From the NCBI GenBank assembly GCA_004297205.1, contig SCUL01000001.1:157862-221861 (forward strand): a stretch of DNA of 64,000 nucleotides, read 5' to 3'. The position numbers were made by a program, and so were the translations under genes. Below, piece by piece: positions 44,332 through 54,045 of this stretch. Below the pieces are notes generated by a model. The model did no database searches. It saw only the letters and a program-made list of their open reading frames with translations, and was not told where the DNA came from. This DNA comes from Patescibacteria group bacterium. Its GTDB lineage: Bacteria > Patescibacteriota > Patescibacteriia > 2-12-FULL-57-11. The stretch's first letter is position 1. The number at the start of each line of letters is the position of its first letter.

Positions 44332-45711
44332 TTATTCGCGGGTGTCGGCAAGAAGCACAACGGCGTTCAGGTCCGCGCTCCAGCCGGCGATACCTGTGAA
44401 AGGTCCATCGACCGAGGCGATGGCGTCCGTGGCCAGATTCTGGAAGGCGTACTCTCCGGCCAAGGAAGGCGACAAGGAAAACAAGAAGCGGTCCGAGAGA
44501 TATGCCACCCGCACGTCAGAGTCTTGCGGGACAGTCACTTTGCCGACCAGAGCGGGCCCCCCACTGCCGACCACAGGGATGGTATAGACATCATTGTCGA
44601 AGACCAATACGAGTTCGCTGCCATCCAGGGACCATTCCACCACCATACGGTGTGGCTTGCGGTCCTGCGCCGGAAACGTATATCGGACCCGTTCCCTCTC
44701 GGAGACCGCATCGACAAGTTCGATGCGCAAGGGCACAAGCGACGGCACATCATTCCCAAGCACCTCCGGCGGTTGCACGACCAGTTTGGCGAAGGCCGTA
44801 CCGTCAGGCGACAAACCGAAATCGGCCTCCCACTCGCCTGGACCGACGCCGCCGACCGTGCCGTAACGGACGACGGCTGTTTCTTGGTCGTTGGCCACAC
44901 GCATCCGATGCAGCGTGGTCCCCACGCCCCCAGAGTCACCATACATCTCGGTCCAAAGCACTTCTTTGTTGTCAGCGCTGAAACCAACGACACGCATCAT
45001 GGACTCGATCGGCCTCTCCTCACCCGCCAGCTCGCCAAGCTCGATCGGATCACCCCGACCGCTCAACGGCACGGCCACGGCGCGGGTCGCCCCGACGCTT
45101 TCCGGATCGCTCAGCCCCTGACTGTACGCGTAGGCCAACCACGTGCCGTCCTTGGAAACGGCAAGCGACGAGATGAATGGTTTGGTCACGAGACGGACGG
45201 AGGTGACATCTTCGAGATTCACGCGCAGGATTCCCTCTTCGTCCGTCCAATACAGATACGTGCCATTCACGGCACGGGACTCGGGCCCGAGCGGATACGG
45301 CGTGTCCTTCAATATTAGGTTCCCAAGCGACGTCAGAAGACCCGTCTCTGCGTCCACGAGCTGTACCGTGATTCCCTGCCGGGCCGTCTCTTCCTGCTCC
45401 CCGAACATCTGGTCACGGACCTTCTGGAGTTCGCCGGAGAGGATACCGAGGTCGGCGTCCTTCTGCTCAAGCTGTTTGCCGAGGCCGGCGATTTCGTCGC
45501 GCATCAAAAAGACGGCCGAGGACAACACGCCGAGCGCCAACACGCCGAGCGCCACCGCGCCCCATACCGCGGCGTTCATGGCAATGCGGCCGAAGGCCAC
45601 GGGGAAATGCACAATATCGTCCGGCTCCTGCATGATGCTCCGGACGATCTCGTGCCGTTCTTGCGTGCGGGCTTTGCGCTCCGCGCGCGTGGGCTTGCGC
45701 TTTCTAGTCAT
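44332..45711 (-). CDS. hypothetical membrane-anchored protein: coiled-coil plus beta-propeller-like (TolB-like) C-terminal domain
   Basis: Basic N-terminus, TM (AAVWGAVALGVLALGVLSSAVFL), coiled-coil (LGKQLEQKDADLGILSGELQKVRDQM), then repeats with W/Y-D-G motifs. Confidence 0.45.
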   Translation of the reverse strand: MTRKRKPTRAERKARTQERHEIVRSIMQEPDDIVHFPVAFGRIAMNAAVWGAVALGVLALGVLSSAVFLMRDEIAGLGKQLEQKDADLGILSGELQKVRDQMFGEQEETARQGITVQLVDAETGLLTSLGNLILKDTPYPLGPESRAVNGTYLYWTDEEGILRVNLEDVTSVRLVTKPFISSLAVSKDGTWLAYAYSQGLSDPESVGATRAVAVPLSGRGDPIELGELAGEERPIESMMRVVGFSADNKEVLWTEMYGDSGGVGTTLHRMRVANDQETAVVRYGTVGGVGPGEWEADFGLSPDGTAFAKLVVQPPEVLGNDVPSLVPLRIELVDAVSERERVRYTFPAQDRKPHRMVVEWSLDGSELVLVFDNDVYTIPVVGSGGPALVGKVTVPQDSDVRVAYLSDRFLFSLSPSLAGEYAFQNLATDAIASVDGPFTGIAGWSADLNAVVLLADTRE

Positions 45712-45813
45712 TGCACGTTGTCATTCTGAGACGGCAGCCGAAGAATCCTCTTAGTTTTTACTCGGGAAAGCACCGGAAGGATCCTTCGTTCCACTCAGGA
45801 TGACAATATCGTA
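45712..45813. repeat. palindromic intergenic repeat element, copy C (opposite orientation)
   Basis: gttgtcattctgagacggcagccgaagaatcctc ... ggaaggatccttcgttccactcaggatgacaatatc. The C/T positions are swapped relative to copies A, B and D. Confidence 0.7.
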
Positions 45814-47199
45814 TCACAGGCCTGCCAGGAAATCCTTCAACACCCGGGTAGCCAGCACGTCATCCTCGTTGTATTCCACGATCTTCTTGAGGGTGGCTGC
45901 GTCTTTCTTCTTGCGCCAGGCGTTGTACCACTCCACTGAGGCGCCGCCCGTCGCGCCCTTGGTCCGCCACTTGAAGCCCAAGTATTTGGCGAGGTCTTTC
46001 AGCGAGTAGAAATAGACCGGGAACAGCACGCTGCGCGCCGCGGTCTTCTGCAGGTCGATCATGTCCCCGAAACGCAGCAGCGCCTCCTTGGGCGCATCGT
46101 GGCGTTCCGTCAATTCCCGCACCACCATGTGCTCGTACATGCCGTAGTGGTAGATGGCGGCATCCTTGGGCAGCTTGGCAATCCAGGTGCAGAAGGCGCG
46201 CCAGACCTTGCCTTCGTCCTTCGGACTGCGCACCAGGAATTTTTTGTAAGTCGCTTTGCCGTTTTTCACGACCAGCGCGCCGTGGAGATAGTGCAGGTTG
46301 GGCTCGGGCACCGTGTCGGACTCGACGTCGTAGTAGACCTCGACCGAGGCCGTCGGAAACTCCGGCCGCTCGATGACGGCGTGGGTGTTCTGGACGTAGC
46401 AGAGGGCATGGTCGCGCAACCGCTCCAGCCGTCCGATCGGCAGATCCGTCTTCCGCCGCAGCGCGGCCAGGTCCACCTCGGCCATGTCGCTCACGGTCCG
46501 GATCCCCGCTTCGCGCAGGAGGACGTAGTCGTCGCGGCGGATGCGGTAGATCAGCGACACGTCGTTGCAGGACACCGCTTCGTCGCGGCAGGCCTCGAAC
46601 CACGGCGTCTGTTTGCAGGACGAGGAAAAAAACGGCGCGGGCTTTTCGCCGTTCAGAATCTTTTCGATTTCTTCGCGCGTGGCGTGGAATTCGTCGATCA
46701 GCGGATCGATGGGGATGGCGATCTTCTCTTCGTGGGCGTTCATGATGTAGCCGTACTTCGGCCGAACGCCCTGAATGCGCTCCAGAAGGAGTGCGTAGAA
46801 AACAAGCTGGAAGCGGTGTTCGTCGCGGACCTCGGTGGCGCTTTTCACGTCGAGCGGCGCATACACGAAAGGGCCGAGCTTGGAGTGGCCTTTCTCAGGA
46901 ACCAGAAAATCGGGAATGCCCAACCACTCCCCTTGTGCCAGGCGGCCGTGGTAAATCGGCACGCCTTTCCCCATCAGGTCGAGCGTCGTGGCGACGGCTT
47001 CGTCGGGGTCATCATCCGTGACTTCTTTCAGCCCCATCTTGGCCAGGACGCGCTTTTCGTGGGCGGCGCCGCGCTCCCAGATGGTTCTCTCGAAGTCGGA
47101 CGGGGGAAGCTTGCGCTTCTCGTCACCGTGTACGTCGAACCACAGCGCCAGCGGGCACGTCAGGTAGCGGTAGAAGTGGGTGGCCGTGAGCTTCGGCAT
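45814..47199 (-). CDS. TM0106-family RecB-like nuclease (PD-(D/E)xK with Cas4-like N-terminus)
   Basis: Start MPKLTATHFYRYLTCPLALWFD, typical of the TM0106 putative nuclease family. C-terminal RNase-H-like region. Confidence 0.6.
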   Translation of the reverse strand: MPKLTATHFYRYLTCPLALWFDVHGDEKRKLPPSDFERTIWERGAAHEKRVLAKMGLKEVTDDDPDEAVATTLDLMGKGVPIYHGRLAQGEWLGIPDFLVPEKGHSKLGPFVYAPLDVKSATEVRDEHRFQLVFYALLLERIQGVRPKYGYIMNAHEEKIAIPIDPLIDEFHATREEIEKILNGEKPAPFFSSSCKQTPWFEACRDEAVSCNDVSLIYRIRRDDYVLLREAGIRTVSDMAEVDLAALRRKTDLPIGRLERLRDHALCYVQNTHAVIERPEFPTASVEVYYDVESDTVPEPNLHYLHGALVVKNGKATYKKFLVRSPKDEGKVWRAFCTWIAKLPKDAAIYHYGMYEHMVVRELTERHDAPKEALLRFGDMIDLQKTAARSVLFPVYFYSLKDLAKYLGFKWRTKGATGGASVEWYNAWRKKKDAATLKKIVEYNEDDVLATRVLKDFLAGL

Positions 47200-47200
47200 A

Positions 47201-48325
47201 CTAGCGACGCAGCAGGCGGACGGCGACAAGGGTGGTGATCGGCACCGTCAGCACCAGACCGATCGAACCGACGAGGGTTCGTACCACTTCGGAAGCGATC
47301 ATCTCGTTATTGATGACGTCGCGGAACGTCAGGAACGGCGCTTCATGGATGGAAAACAGCAGGACGAGCGGCAGCGACGCGCCGACGTAAGCCAGGAAGA
47401 GCGTGTTCACGACGGCCGCGGTGTGGTCGGTGCCGACCCGCATGGCGCGGCGGAACAGCTCCGCGCGCGTCAGCCCGGGGTTGGCCGAAACCAGCTCTTC
47501 GACCACGGCAGCCTGCGACACCACGACGTCGTCGAGGACGCCGAGCGTACCGACGATGACGCCGGCCAGATAGATGCCGACCATGTTCAGTCCGCTCGGA
47601 AAATGCAGGGCGAGGATCGACGCTTCCTCCGTGCCGAAGCCGGTGATGCGCGTCCAGGCCGTGAACGCCCACGCCAGGGCGCCGGTCAGCAGAAGGGAGA
47701 GCGCCACGCCGACCACGGCCGCGGCGGTCTGGCGGGTGCGGCCATGGGTCAGCAGGATGCCGACGGCGATGGCCGCCGCGGACACCGGCACGGTCACGAG
47801 AATCGGGTCGACGCCTCTGAGCAAGGTCGGAACGATGACGCCGAAGATGGCGGCAGCCGAAAGCGCCAGCGCGGCAAGCGCGCGCAGGCCGCGCGCGCGT
47901 CCCACGGCGACGACCACGGCCGCGAACAGCAGCGCCAGCCAGCCGAGCCGCGTGTCGCGCACGTAGTCCGTCACGTAAAACGTGTCGGTCCCGTCCGGGT
48001 CCTTGGACCACCAGACGATGACGCGATCCCCTTCCCGGTAGCGGCCCGCGGCAATCGTCGGGATGGCGCTGCCGTCGAACTCGACGCGCCGGCCGCGCAT
48101 CGGTCCTTCCAAAAGTTCCAGCTCCAACTTCTGTTGGACGGCGTCCGTGCCGTTGTCCGCGGGCACCGTCCGTTCCTCGAGAACGCGCACGACTTTGGCG
48201 CGGAACAGCGTGTCCGGCGACTCGATCACCGCCGCGTTCTCGTCGACCGCAACATCCCCGACATCCGCGGCATGGGCGGAAAACGGGGCAATGAGCAGAA
48301 CGAGGGTGAGCAAGAGGGCGCGCAT
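47201..48325 (-). CDS. YibE/F-family membrane protein
   Basis: Signal peptide, an extracytoplasmic domain, then 6-7 TM helices characteristic of YibE/F. Confidence 0.6.
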   Translation of the reverse strand: MRALLLTLVLLIAPFSAHAADVGDVAVDENAAVIESPDTLFRAKVVRVLEERTVPADNGTDAVQQKLELELLEGPMRGRRVEFDGSAIPTIAAGRYREGDRVIVWWSKDPDGTDTFYVTDYVRDTRLGWLALLFAAVVVAVGRARGLRALAALALSAAAIFGVIVPTLLRGVDPILVTVPVSAAAIAVGILLTHGRTRQTAAAVVGVALSLLLTGALAWAFTAWTRITGFGTEEASILALHFPSGLNMVGIYLAGVIVGTLGVLDDVVVSQAAVVEELVSANPGLTRAELFRRAMRVGTDHTAAVVNTLFLAYVGASLPLVLLFSIHEAPFLTFRDVINNEMIASEVVRTLVGSIGLVLTVPITTLVAVRLLRR

Positions 48326-48337
48326 AACCTAGAGAAT

Positions 48338-51043
48338 CTACCGGACGGGCGCCTTCGCGTCGAGTCTGTCCCGAGCGGCAGTCGAAGGACCGCGGCCGGC
48401 CTGCCGGTGATGGCGCACGACGATGACCATTTTTGCAGCTTCGATCAGCACCACGGCGATGGCGGCGGTCAGCACGGCCGCGAACCATTGCACCGGGGCA
48501 AGCGGTGTTGTGGAAAAGACTCCCTGCAATTGTGGAATAAAGATGGGAACGCCGATGAGGGCCGAGGACACCACGGCCCCCATGTTGAGCCAACGGTTGG
48601 TGAACATCCCTCGCCCCAACGAAGGCGTGCGGACCTTGCGTACCACGAACACCATGAAAACGCTTTGGAGCGACAGTGTCACCAGCAACATGGTCCGCGT
48701 GACCACCAGATCGCCGGTCCACGTAAGGAATATCAGATACGCGGGAACCGTGACCAATGCGATAATGATCGCGATGGCGGCCAGCCACTGCTGGTAGTGC
48801 GGAGAAAAGAACGGGCGGCCGCGGCGTCGCGGCGCATCGCGTAGCACGGCTTCCTCCCCCGCCTCAAGCGCCAACCCAAAATTCAAGAACCCCGACTCCA
48901 CGACATTGATCCACAGAATCTGCGGCGTCGTGAGGGGGAGAGGGAAACCGAGGAGGAGAGCCCCGATGATCAAGGAAATCTCCGCGAAGTCGTCGGCGAT
49001 CATGTAGACGGTGGCCTTGCGCAGGTTTTGGAAGGCGAAGCGCCCTTCTTCGACGCTGCGCATGATGGTCCGGAAGTTATCGTCCAAGAGCACGATGTCC
49101 GCGGATTCCTTGGCCACGTCGGTGCCGGAGCCGAGGGCGATGCCGATCTCCGCGGCGTTCAGGGCGGGCGCGTCGTTCACGCCGTCGCCCGTCACGGCCA
49201 CGGTCTCCCCCATCTTCTGCAACAGCTGCACGATGCGCAGTTTCTGGGCGGGTGTGACGCGTGCCACGACGGACAGCTTCGGTAACATCGCCCTGAGCGC
49301 GTCATCGGAAAGGCGCTCCAGCGTGGCGCCGTCGACGACCGCGTTCTTTCCGGTCGGCATGCCGATCTCGCGGGCCACGGCCTCCGCAGTCACGCGATGG
49401 TCGCCGGTCAGCATGATGGTGCGGATGCCCGCGGCCGCCGCGCCGGAGAGCATGGCCTTCGTTTCCGGACGCACCGGATCCTGCAACAGGAAGATGCCGA
49501 GCACCGTCAGTCCGCGCACGTCGTCCGCTTTTGGCGCACGGACTGGCGCCGGCATCTCGCACAAGGCCAGGCCGCGCAGCCCCGCACCCAACGCGGCGAG
49601 CATGGTGCCCTGCAGCCGCGCCTTGCGCGCGTCGGTCAGCGGCACGTCCTGACCCTCTTCGCGCACGTGCGTGGCGCGCGCCAGCAAAATGTCCGGCGCC
49701 CCGCGGACGATCATCCGGTTGCCGGTGACCACGCCGGCGAACTTGTAACTGGAGTCGAACGGCAGTTCCGCCCCGATCCGGGCGGCGCGGGCCAGCGGAT
49801 CCATGCCGCAGCGTGCCGCGGCAAGCAGCAATGCCGTTTCCGTGGCGCTGCCTTTGGTGCGCCATTGCTCGTGCGGATCGGCCGGATTGTCCACCGTGAC
49901 CGAGAGCCCGAGCGTCGCCGCCGCGAGCGCGTCGCGCGCATCCGGCGGCAGCGGCACGACGCCGTCGAGCGCGTGCTCGCCGTCCATGGTGAGCAAGGTG
50001 CGCGCCCGCATCTTGCCTTCCGTGATGGTGCCGGTCTTGTCGATGCAGATCACGCTGGCCGCGCCCAAGGATTCCACCGCTGCCATGCGGCGTACCAGGG
50101 ATCCGGCCTTGAGGATGCGGCGCATGGCCACCGTCAATATGATGGTGATGGCGGGCAGCAATCCTTCCGGCACGGACGAGGCGATCAGCGCCACGACGGT
50201 CACGAACGCCGTGACCGGCGGTTCGCCGCGATACTGGAGGAGCGCGAACACGCCCGCGCCGATGACGAGCAGCGCTAACGTCAGCCAGCGCGCCAGACGC
50301 GTCAGTTTTTCCTGCAACGGCGTCTGTGGTTCGCGGGTGGCGCGCGTCAGCGCCACGATGCGGCCCAGTTCGGTGCGCGAGCCGGTGGCCACGACCAGCG
50401 CGCGTCCGGTACCCGCGTCCACGGTCGTCCCCAAATAGAGCATGTCGACGCGGTCGGCCATGGCCGTCTCCGCCGCGACCGGATCCGCCGTCTTCGCCAC
50501 GGGATCGGACTCGCCGGTCAGCGCCGCTTCTCCCACATGCAGCTCGGCGCTCACGATGACGCGGGCGTCGGCCGCGACCTTCATGCCGGGTTTGAGCACC
50601 AGCAGGTCGCCGGGCACCACGTCGGCCGAAGAAATCTCGTGCTCCCGGCCGTCGCGCAGCACGCGCGCCCGGTAGTCCAAGAGCGCCAGGATCTTCTCAA
50701 TGGCCTGATCGGCCTTGTACTCCTGGATCACGGCGAACCCGATGTTCAGCACGATCACGACCGCCAAAACCGCAGCGTCGACGACATGGCCCACGGCCAA
50801 GGACACCGCCGCGGCGCAGATGAGCACGAGCGCGATGGGATTCGAAAGATTGCCGTACAGAATGCGGCCCACCCCATGCCGCGGCGGGCGAGGCAGCGCA
50901 TTCGGCCCGTGTTCGCCGCGCCGGCGCTCCGCTTCCGCGTGCGCCAGGCCGCGCTCCGCGTCAACGCCAAGAGCCTGGGCCGCTTCCGCGGCACCAAGGG
51001 CGTGCCAGGCCGGCACCTGAGCGGTGTCCAAACGCGTGGGCAT
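48338..51043 (-). CDS. P-type cation-transporting ATPase (type IIA/IIIB, Ca2+/Mg2+-like)
   Basis: DKTGTITEG, MLTGDHRVTAEAVAREIGM and VAVTGDGVNDAPAL. Chosen ATG (MPTRLD) is internal to the GTG-started track ORF ending 51130. Confidence 0.85.
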   Translation of the reverse strand: MPTRLDTAQVPAWHALGAAEAAQALGVDAERGLAHAEAERRRGEHGPNALPRPPRHGVGRILYGNLSNPIALVLICAAAVSLAVGHVVDAAVLAVVIVLNIGFAVIQEYKADQAIEKILALLDYRARVLRDGREHEISSADVVPGDLLVLKPGMKVAADARVIVSAELHVGEAALTGESDPVAKTADPVAAETAMADRVDMLYLGTTVDAGTGRALVVATGSRTELGRIVALTRATREPQTPLQEKLTRLARWLTLALLVIGAGVFALLQYRGEPPVTAFVTVVALIASSVPEGLLPAITIILTVAMRRILKAGSLVRRMAAVESLGAASVICIDKTGTITEGKMRARTLLTMDGEHALDGVVPLPPDARDALAAATLGLSVTVDNPADPHEQWRTKGSATETALLLAAARCGMDPLARAARIGAELPFDSSYKFAGVVTGNRMIVRGAPDILLARATHVREEGQDVPLTDARKARLQGTMLAALGAGLRGLALCEMPAPVRAPKADDVRGLTVLGIFLLQDPVRPETKAMLSGAAAAGIRTIMLTGDHRVTAEAVAREIGMPTGKNAVVDGATLERLSDDALRAMLPKLSVVARVTPAQKLRIVQLLQKMGETVAVTGDGVNDAPALNAAEIGIALGSGTDVAKESADIVLLDDNFRTIMRSVEEGRFAFQNLRKATVYMIADDFAEISLIIGALLLGFPLPLTTPQILWINVVESGFLNFGLALEAGEEAVLRDAPRRRGRPFFSPHYQQWLAAIAIIIALVTVPAYLIFLTWTGDLVVTRTMLLVTLSLQSVFMVFVVRKVRTPSLGRGMFTNRWLNMGAVVSSALIGVPIFIPQLQGVFSTTPLAPVQWFAAVLTAAIAVVLIEAAKMVIVVRHHRQAGRGPSTAARDRLDAKAPVR

Positions 51044-51161
51044 GTTGACGTGTCGTCTTCTCCATTCTATAGTGTGCGCCTGAGTCCGGCCAACCCCGCT
51101 CAGCGGGGGCGAGCGGCTCTGCTCATTCACTCTGATTGCACGGCAACATCCGTGCGTTCAA

Positions 51162-51257
51162 TGGCACTTGAAGAGGTGTCCTTACGTCTTGGCATCGCCC
51201 TCCTGTTGGTGGTCGGCATCATGACGATTCCGTTCTTCCTCGAAAGCCGGGGTTGAA
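51162..51257 (+). CDS. candidate 31-aa single-TM small protein
   Basis: MALEEVSLRLGIALLLVVGIMTIPFFLESRG*. Divergent from the ATPase gene. Followed by hairpins and a T-run. Not in track because under 60 aa. Confidence 0.25.
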
Positions 51258-51325
51258 CGAAAACCCCGCCGGGGGTTCCTGTGGAGAGCAGGCCCTGTGC
51301 GGGGCTTTTCATTTCTTCGGACGGG
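51258..51325 (+). terminator. candidate terminators after the small ORF (aaccccgccgggggtt; gccctgtgcggggcttttcatttctt)
   Basis: Two GC hairpins, the second followed by TTTTCATTTCTT. Confidence 0.35.
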
Positions 51326-51346
51326 TGTTACGCTCACCGTACACGT

Positions 51347-51658
51347 ATGGCAGAATTCGACGCCCATCGGCGCTGCGACCAGTGCGGCGAAATCCACGAC
51401 GAAGGAGAGGACGCCCCCAACGAGGGGGAACATCTCGCCAAAGTCGCGGAAGAAGCGTTCTTCGACCTGGTGCGCGACAACATCAAAAAGCGACTGCTTG
51501 CCAAGCATGCCGACGAGGTCGAGCACGCTACGGACATCGCGCTCGAGGCCATGAAGCTCCTGTGGCGCGAAGACATGCGCGGCACGCACGACGACTCGGC
51601 CTGGGAAACGCTCCATCTGCGGGCGTTGGCCATCTGGAAGAAACCCGGCAGCTCCTGA
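51347..51658 (+). CDS. small acidic hypothetical protein (103 aa)
   Basis: MAEFDAHRRCDQCGEIHDEGEDAPNEGEHLAKVAEEAFFDLVRDNIKKRLLAKHADEVEHATDIALEAMKLLWRED... within track ORF 51281..51658. Confidence 0.35.
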   Translation: MAEFDAHRRCDQCGEIHDEGEDAPNEGEHLAKVAEEAFFDLVRDNIKKRLLAKHADEVEHATDIALEAMKLLWREDMRGTHDDSAWETLHLRALAIWKKPGSS

Positions 51659-51698
51659 GACAGATCAAAAGAGCCCCCTGCAGGCAGGGGGCTCTTTG

Positions 51699-52700
51699 TT
51701 AGGACGCGAAGCGGCCGAAGAGAAGCGCCGCGTAGACGACGTAGGCGAGGATCAGCACGACGCCCTCGCCGCGGCTGATTTCCCGACGTTTCCGTCCGCG
51801 CCACAGCAACAGGACGATGAGGACAAGCGCGCCCATCAGCACGCCGAGATCGGCGTTCAACGTGATCGGCCAGGGCAACGGCGTCACCAGGGAGACGGCA
51901 CCGAGAACGAACAACGTGTTGAAGATGACGGACCCGATCAGGTTGCCCGCGACGATATCGCCTTCCTTGCGCCAGGCGGCGACGAGCGTCGTCGAAAGTT
52001 CCGGGAGCGTCGTGCCGAGCGCGGCCAGAGTCAGGCCGAGGAGAGTTTCCGGCAGCCCCCAGAGCGCTCCAAGATCCGTGAGCGCCCGGACGAACGCCGC
52101 CGCGCCGAACCACAGGGCAAACACGGAGACGAACACCTCGAGCAAGGCCTTCGGGATGGAGTGCGCGCCGATGAGCGACACGCGGTAGGCGTGACGGAAC
52201 CGGAAATGCTGGATGAGCCGCATGCCGTCCATCCCCTTCTCGACGAGGAGCGCGTAGATGAAGACGGAAAACAGCCCAAGGAACAGCAGACCGTCGCGGA
52301 AGGACAGCTGATTGGTCGCGGAAAGGGAGTACCAGCGTTCGTTGGCAAGCAACGCCAGCAGCACGGTGGCCGCAATGGCGATCGGCACGTCGCGCACCAG
52401 CGTCGCCCGCGGCACCGTGACCGGTCCGACCACGGCCGCGCAGCCGAGGATCAGCAGCGCGTTGGCGATGTTGGCGCCGGCGATGTCGCCGAGCCCGATG
52501 ACCGCGTTGCCGGTGAGCGCGGCGGACAGGTTCAAAAAGAATTCCGGCGCGCTGGTGCCGAAGGCCACGACCGTGAGCCCGATCACGGCCGGCGGAATCT
52601 TCAACCGCAGCCCGAGCACGGAACCGCCATGGACGAGGAATTGGGCGCCTTTGAACAGAAAGACGCCGCCCGCAAGGAGCAGGAACAGCGGGAAGAACAT
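51699..52700 (-). CDS. CaCA-family cation/Ca2+ antiporter (YrbG-like K+-dependent Na+/Ca2+ exchanger)
   Basis: Two alpha-repeat GTSAPE/GTTLPE motifs. 10 TM. Confidence 0.8.
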   Translation of the reverse strand: MFFPLFLLLAGGVFLFKGAQFLVHGGSVLGLRLKIPPAVIGLTVVAFGTSAPEFFLNLSAALTGNAVIGLGDIAGANIANALLILGCAAVVGPVTVPRATLVRDVPIAIAATVLLALLANERWYSLSATNQLSFRDGLLFLGLFSVFIYALLVEKGMDGMRLIQHFRFRHAYRVSLIGAHSIPKALLEVFVSVFALWFGAAAFVRALTDLGALWGLPETLLGLTLAALGTTLPELSTTLVAAWRKEGDIVAGNLIGSVIFNTLFVLGAVSLVTPLPWPITLNADLGVLMGALVLIVLLLWRGRKRREISRGEGVVLILAYVVYAALLFGRFAS

Positions 52701-52715
52701 GCCCTGATTATACCA

Positions 52716-53756
52716 TCAGAGCGGGACGACTTGCTCCCAGGGGAATTCGGCGCGGCCGAAATGGCCGTAGGCGGCGGTGGCGCGGTAGATGGGCCGGCGC
52801 AGACCCAGACGCTCGATGATGGCTTGCGGACGGAAGTCGAAATGTTTCCTCACGAACGCGGAAAGGTCCTTGCCGTCGCCGGATTTGGCGGACAGCATCA
52901 TGGGTTCGGCGCGGCCGATGGCATAGGCCACGGAGACAAGCACGTTCTTGGCATGGCCGTTGGCAACCAGCGACTTGGCGGCGAAGCGGCACATGTAGGC
53001 GGCCGAACGGTCCACCTTGGTCGGGTCTTTTCCGGAAAAAGCGCCGCCGCCGTGCGGCAGCAACCCGCCATAGGTATCGACCATGAGCTTGCGGCCGGTG
53101 AGCCCGGTGTCGGCGGCGAATCCGCCCATGACGAACCGGCCGGTGGGGTTCACGAGCACTTCGACGCCGGACAAATCGCCCACCACGGGCAGGATGACGT
53201 GTTCGCGCACCAAGAGTTCGATCTCGTCTTCGGCCATGGCCTCGTCGTGCTGCGTCGAAACAAGCACCGAACGCAGCGCGCTGTTCTCAAACGTCACCTG
53301 GGCTTTGCCGTCCGGCTTGATCCAGGCAAAGGCCGGATCGAGGCGCCGGAGGTCGGCCAGCCGCTTCGTGAGCGCGTGCACCATCATCACGGGTTTGGGC
53401 ATCAGCTCCGGCGTTTCCGCGGCCGCGTACCCGTACATGATCCCTTGGTCGCCCGCTCCGCCGGTGTCGACCCCCATGGCGATGTCCGGCGACTGTTTGG
53501 CGACATGCACCAGCACGTCGATGTCTTCGGCGTAGCCGATGTCGGCGTAGACCTTACGTGCCAGAAGCTCCACATCGACGTCGGCGCTCGAGGTGACTTC
53601 GCCGCCGACGATAAGCACGCCGTGGCCGCCGAAGGCCTCAACGGCCACGCGGCTCATCGGGTCGCGCGCAAGATACGCGTCCAGGACGGCGTCGGAAACC
53701 TGGTCGCAGACCTTGTCCGGATGCCCCTCGGTGACGGACTCAACGGTCTTCCACAT
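52716..53756 (-). CDS. metK: S-adenosylmethionine synthetase
   Basis: Start MWKTVESVTEGHPDKVCDQVSDAVLDAYL. GHPDK and GGGAFSGKD motifs. Track ORF has a 64-codon artefactual N-extension. Confidence 0.9.
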   Translation of the reverse strand: MWKTVESVTEGHPDKVCDQVSDAVLDAYLARDPMSRVAVEAFGGHGVLIVGGEVTSSADVDVELLARKVYADIGYAEDIDVLVHVAKQSPDIAMGVDTGGAGDQGIMYGYAAAETPELMPKPVMMVHALTKRLADLRRLDPAFAWIKPDGKAQVTFENSALRSVLVSTQHDEAMAEDEIELLVREHVILPVVGDLSGVEVLVNPTGRFVMGGFAADTGLTGRKLMVDTYGGLLPHGGGAFSGKDPTKVDRSAAYMCRFAAKSLVANGHAKNVLVSVAYAIGRAEPMMLSAKSGDGKDLSAFVRKHFDFRPQAIIERLGLRRPIYRATAAYGHFGRAEFPWEQVVPL

Positions 53757-53792
53757 ACCGCCAGAAGGTAACATGCTATACTGTTGCGGTCT

Positions 53793-53939
53793 ATGAACCG
53801 CAACACGGGCATTGCCGTGGCCATCATTATCATTGCCGGACTCGCGGTGTTCGGCATCCTCTGGACGCTCCCCCAAGCGGACAGTTACCTGCCGCAAGAA
53901 AAACGGCTCCCTGCCGCGGAAACAGCCGCGCTCCCCTGA
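53793..53939 (+). CDS. candidate 48-aa single-TM small protein
   Basis: MNRNTGIAVAIIIIAGLAVFGILWTLPQADSYLPQEKRLPAAETAALP*. Starts 37 nt from the divergent metK start and ends at palindromic element D. Confidence 0.25.
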   Translation: MNRNTGIAVAIIIIAGLAVFGILWTLPQADSYLPQEKRLPAAETAALP

Positions 53940-53940
53940 T

Positions 53941-54045
53941 CCTGTCATCCTGAGCGAAGCGAAGGATCCTTCCAGTGTTCGCCCGGGTGAATACCCGAGT
54001 GACTGCTGGAAGGATTCTTCGTCACTGCGTTCCTCAGAATGACAC
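53941..54045. repeat. palindromic intergenic repeat element, copy D
   Basis: cctgtcatcctgagcgaagcgaaggatccttcc ... tggaaggattcttcgtcactgcgttcctcagaatgacact. Right end abuts the Kelch-protein stop codon. Confidence 0.7.

Noticed and set aside
47343-48788. 481-aa minus-strand ORF out of frame with YibE/F
   Set aside because: Overlaps YibE/F and the ATPase in alternative frames. Arg-rich artefact.
53757-53940. SAM riboswitch in the metK leader
   Set aside because: Reverse-complement of the region does not show the SAM-I or SAM-II conserved cores by eye. Cannot be confirmed without a covariance-model scan.
53812-54042. 76-aa ORF (...VILSEAKDPSS...) as a protein-coding gene
   Set aside because: It is the read-through translation of palindromic repeat element D, and the same pseudo-peptide appears wherever the repeat occurs.
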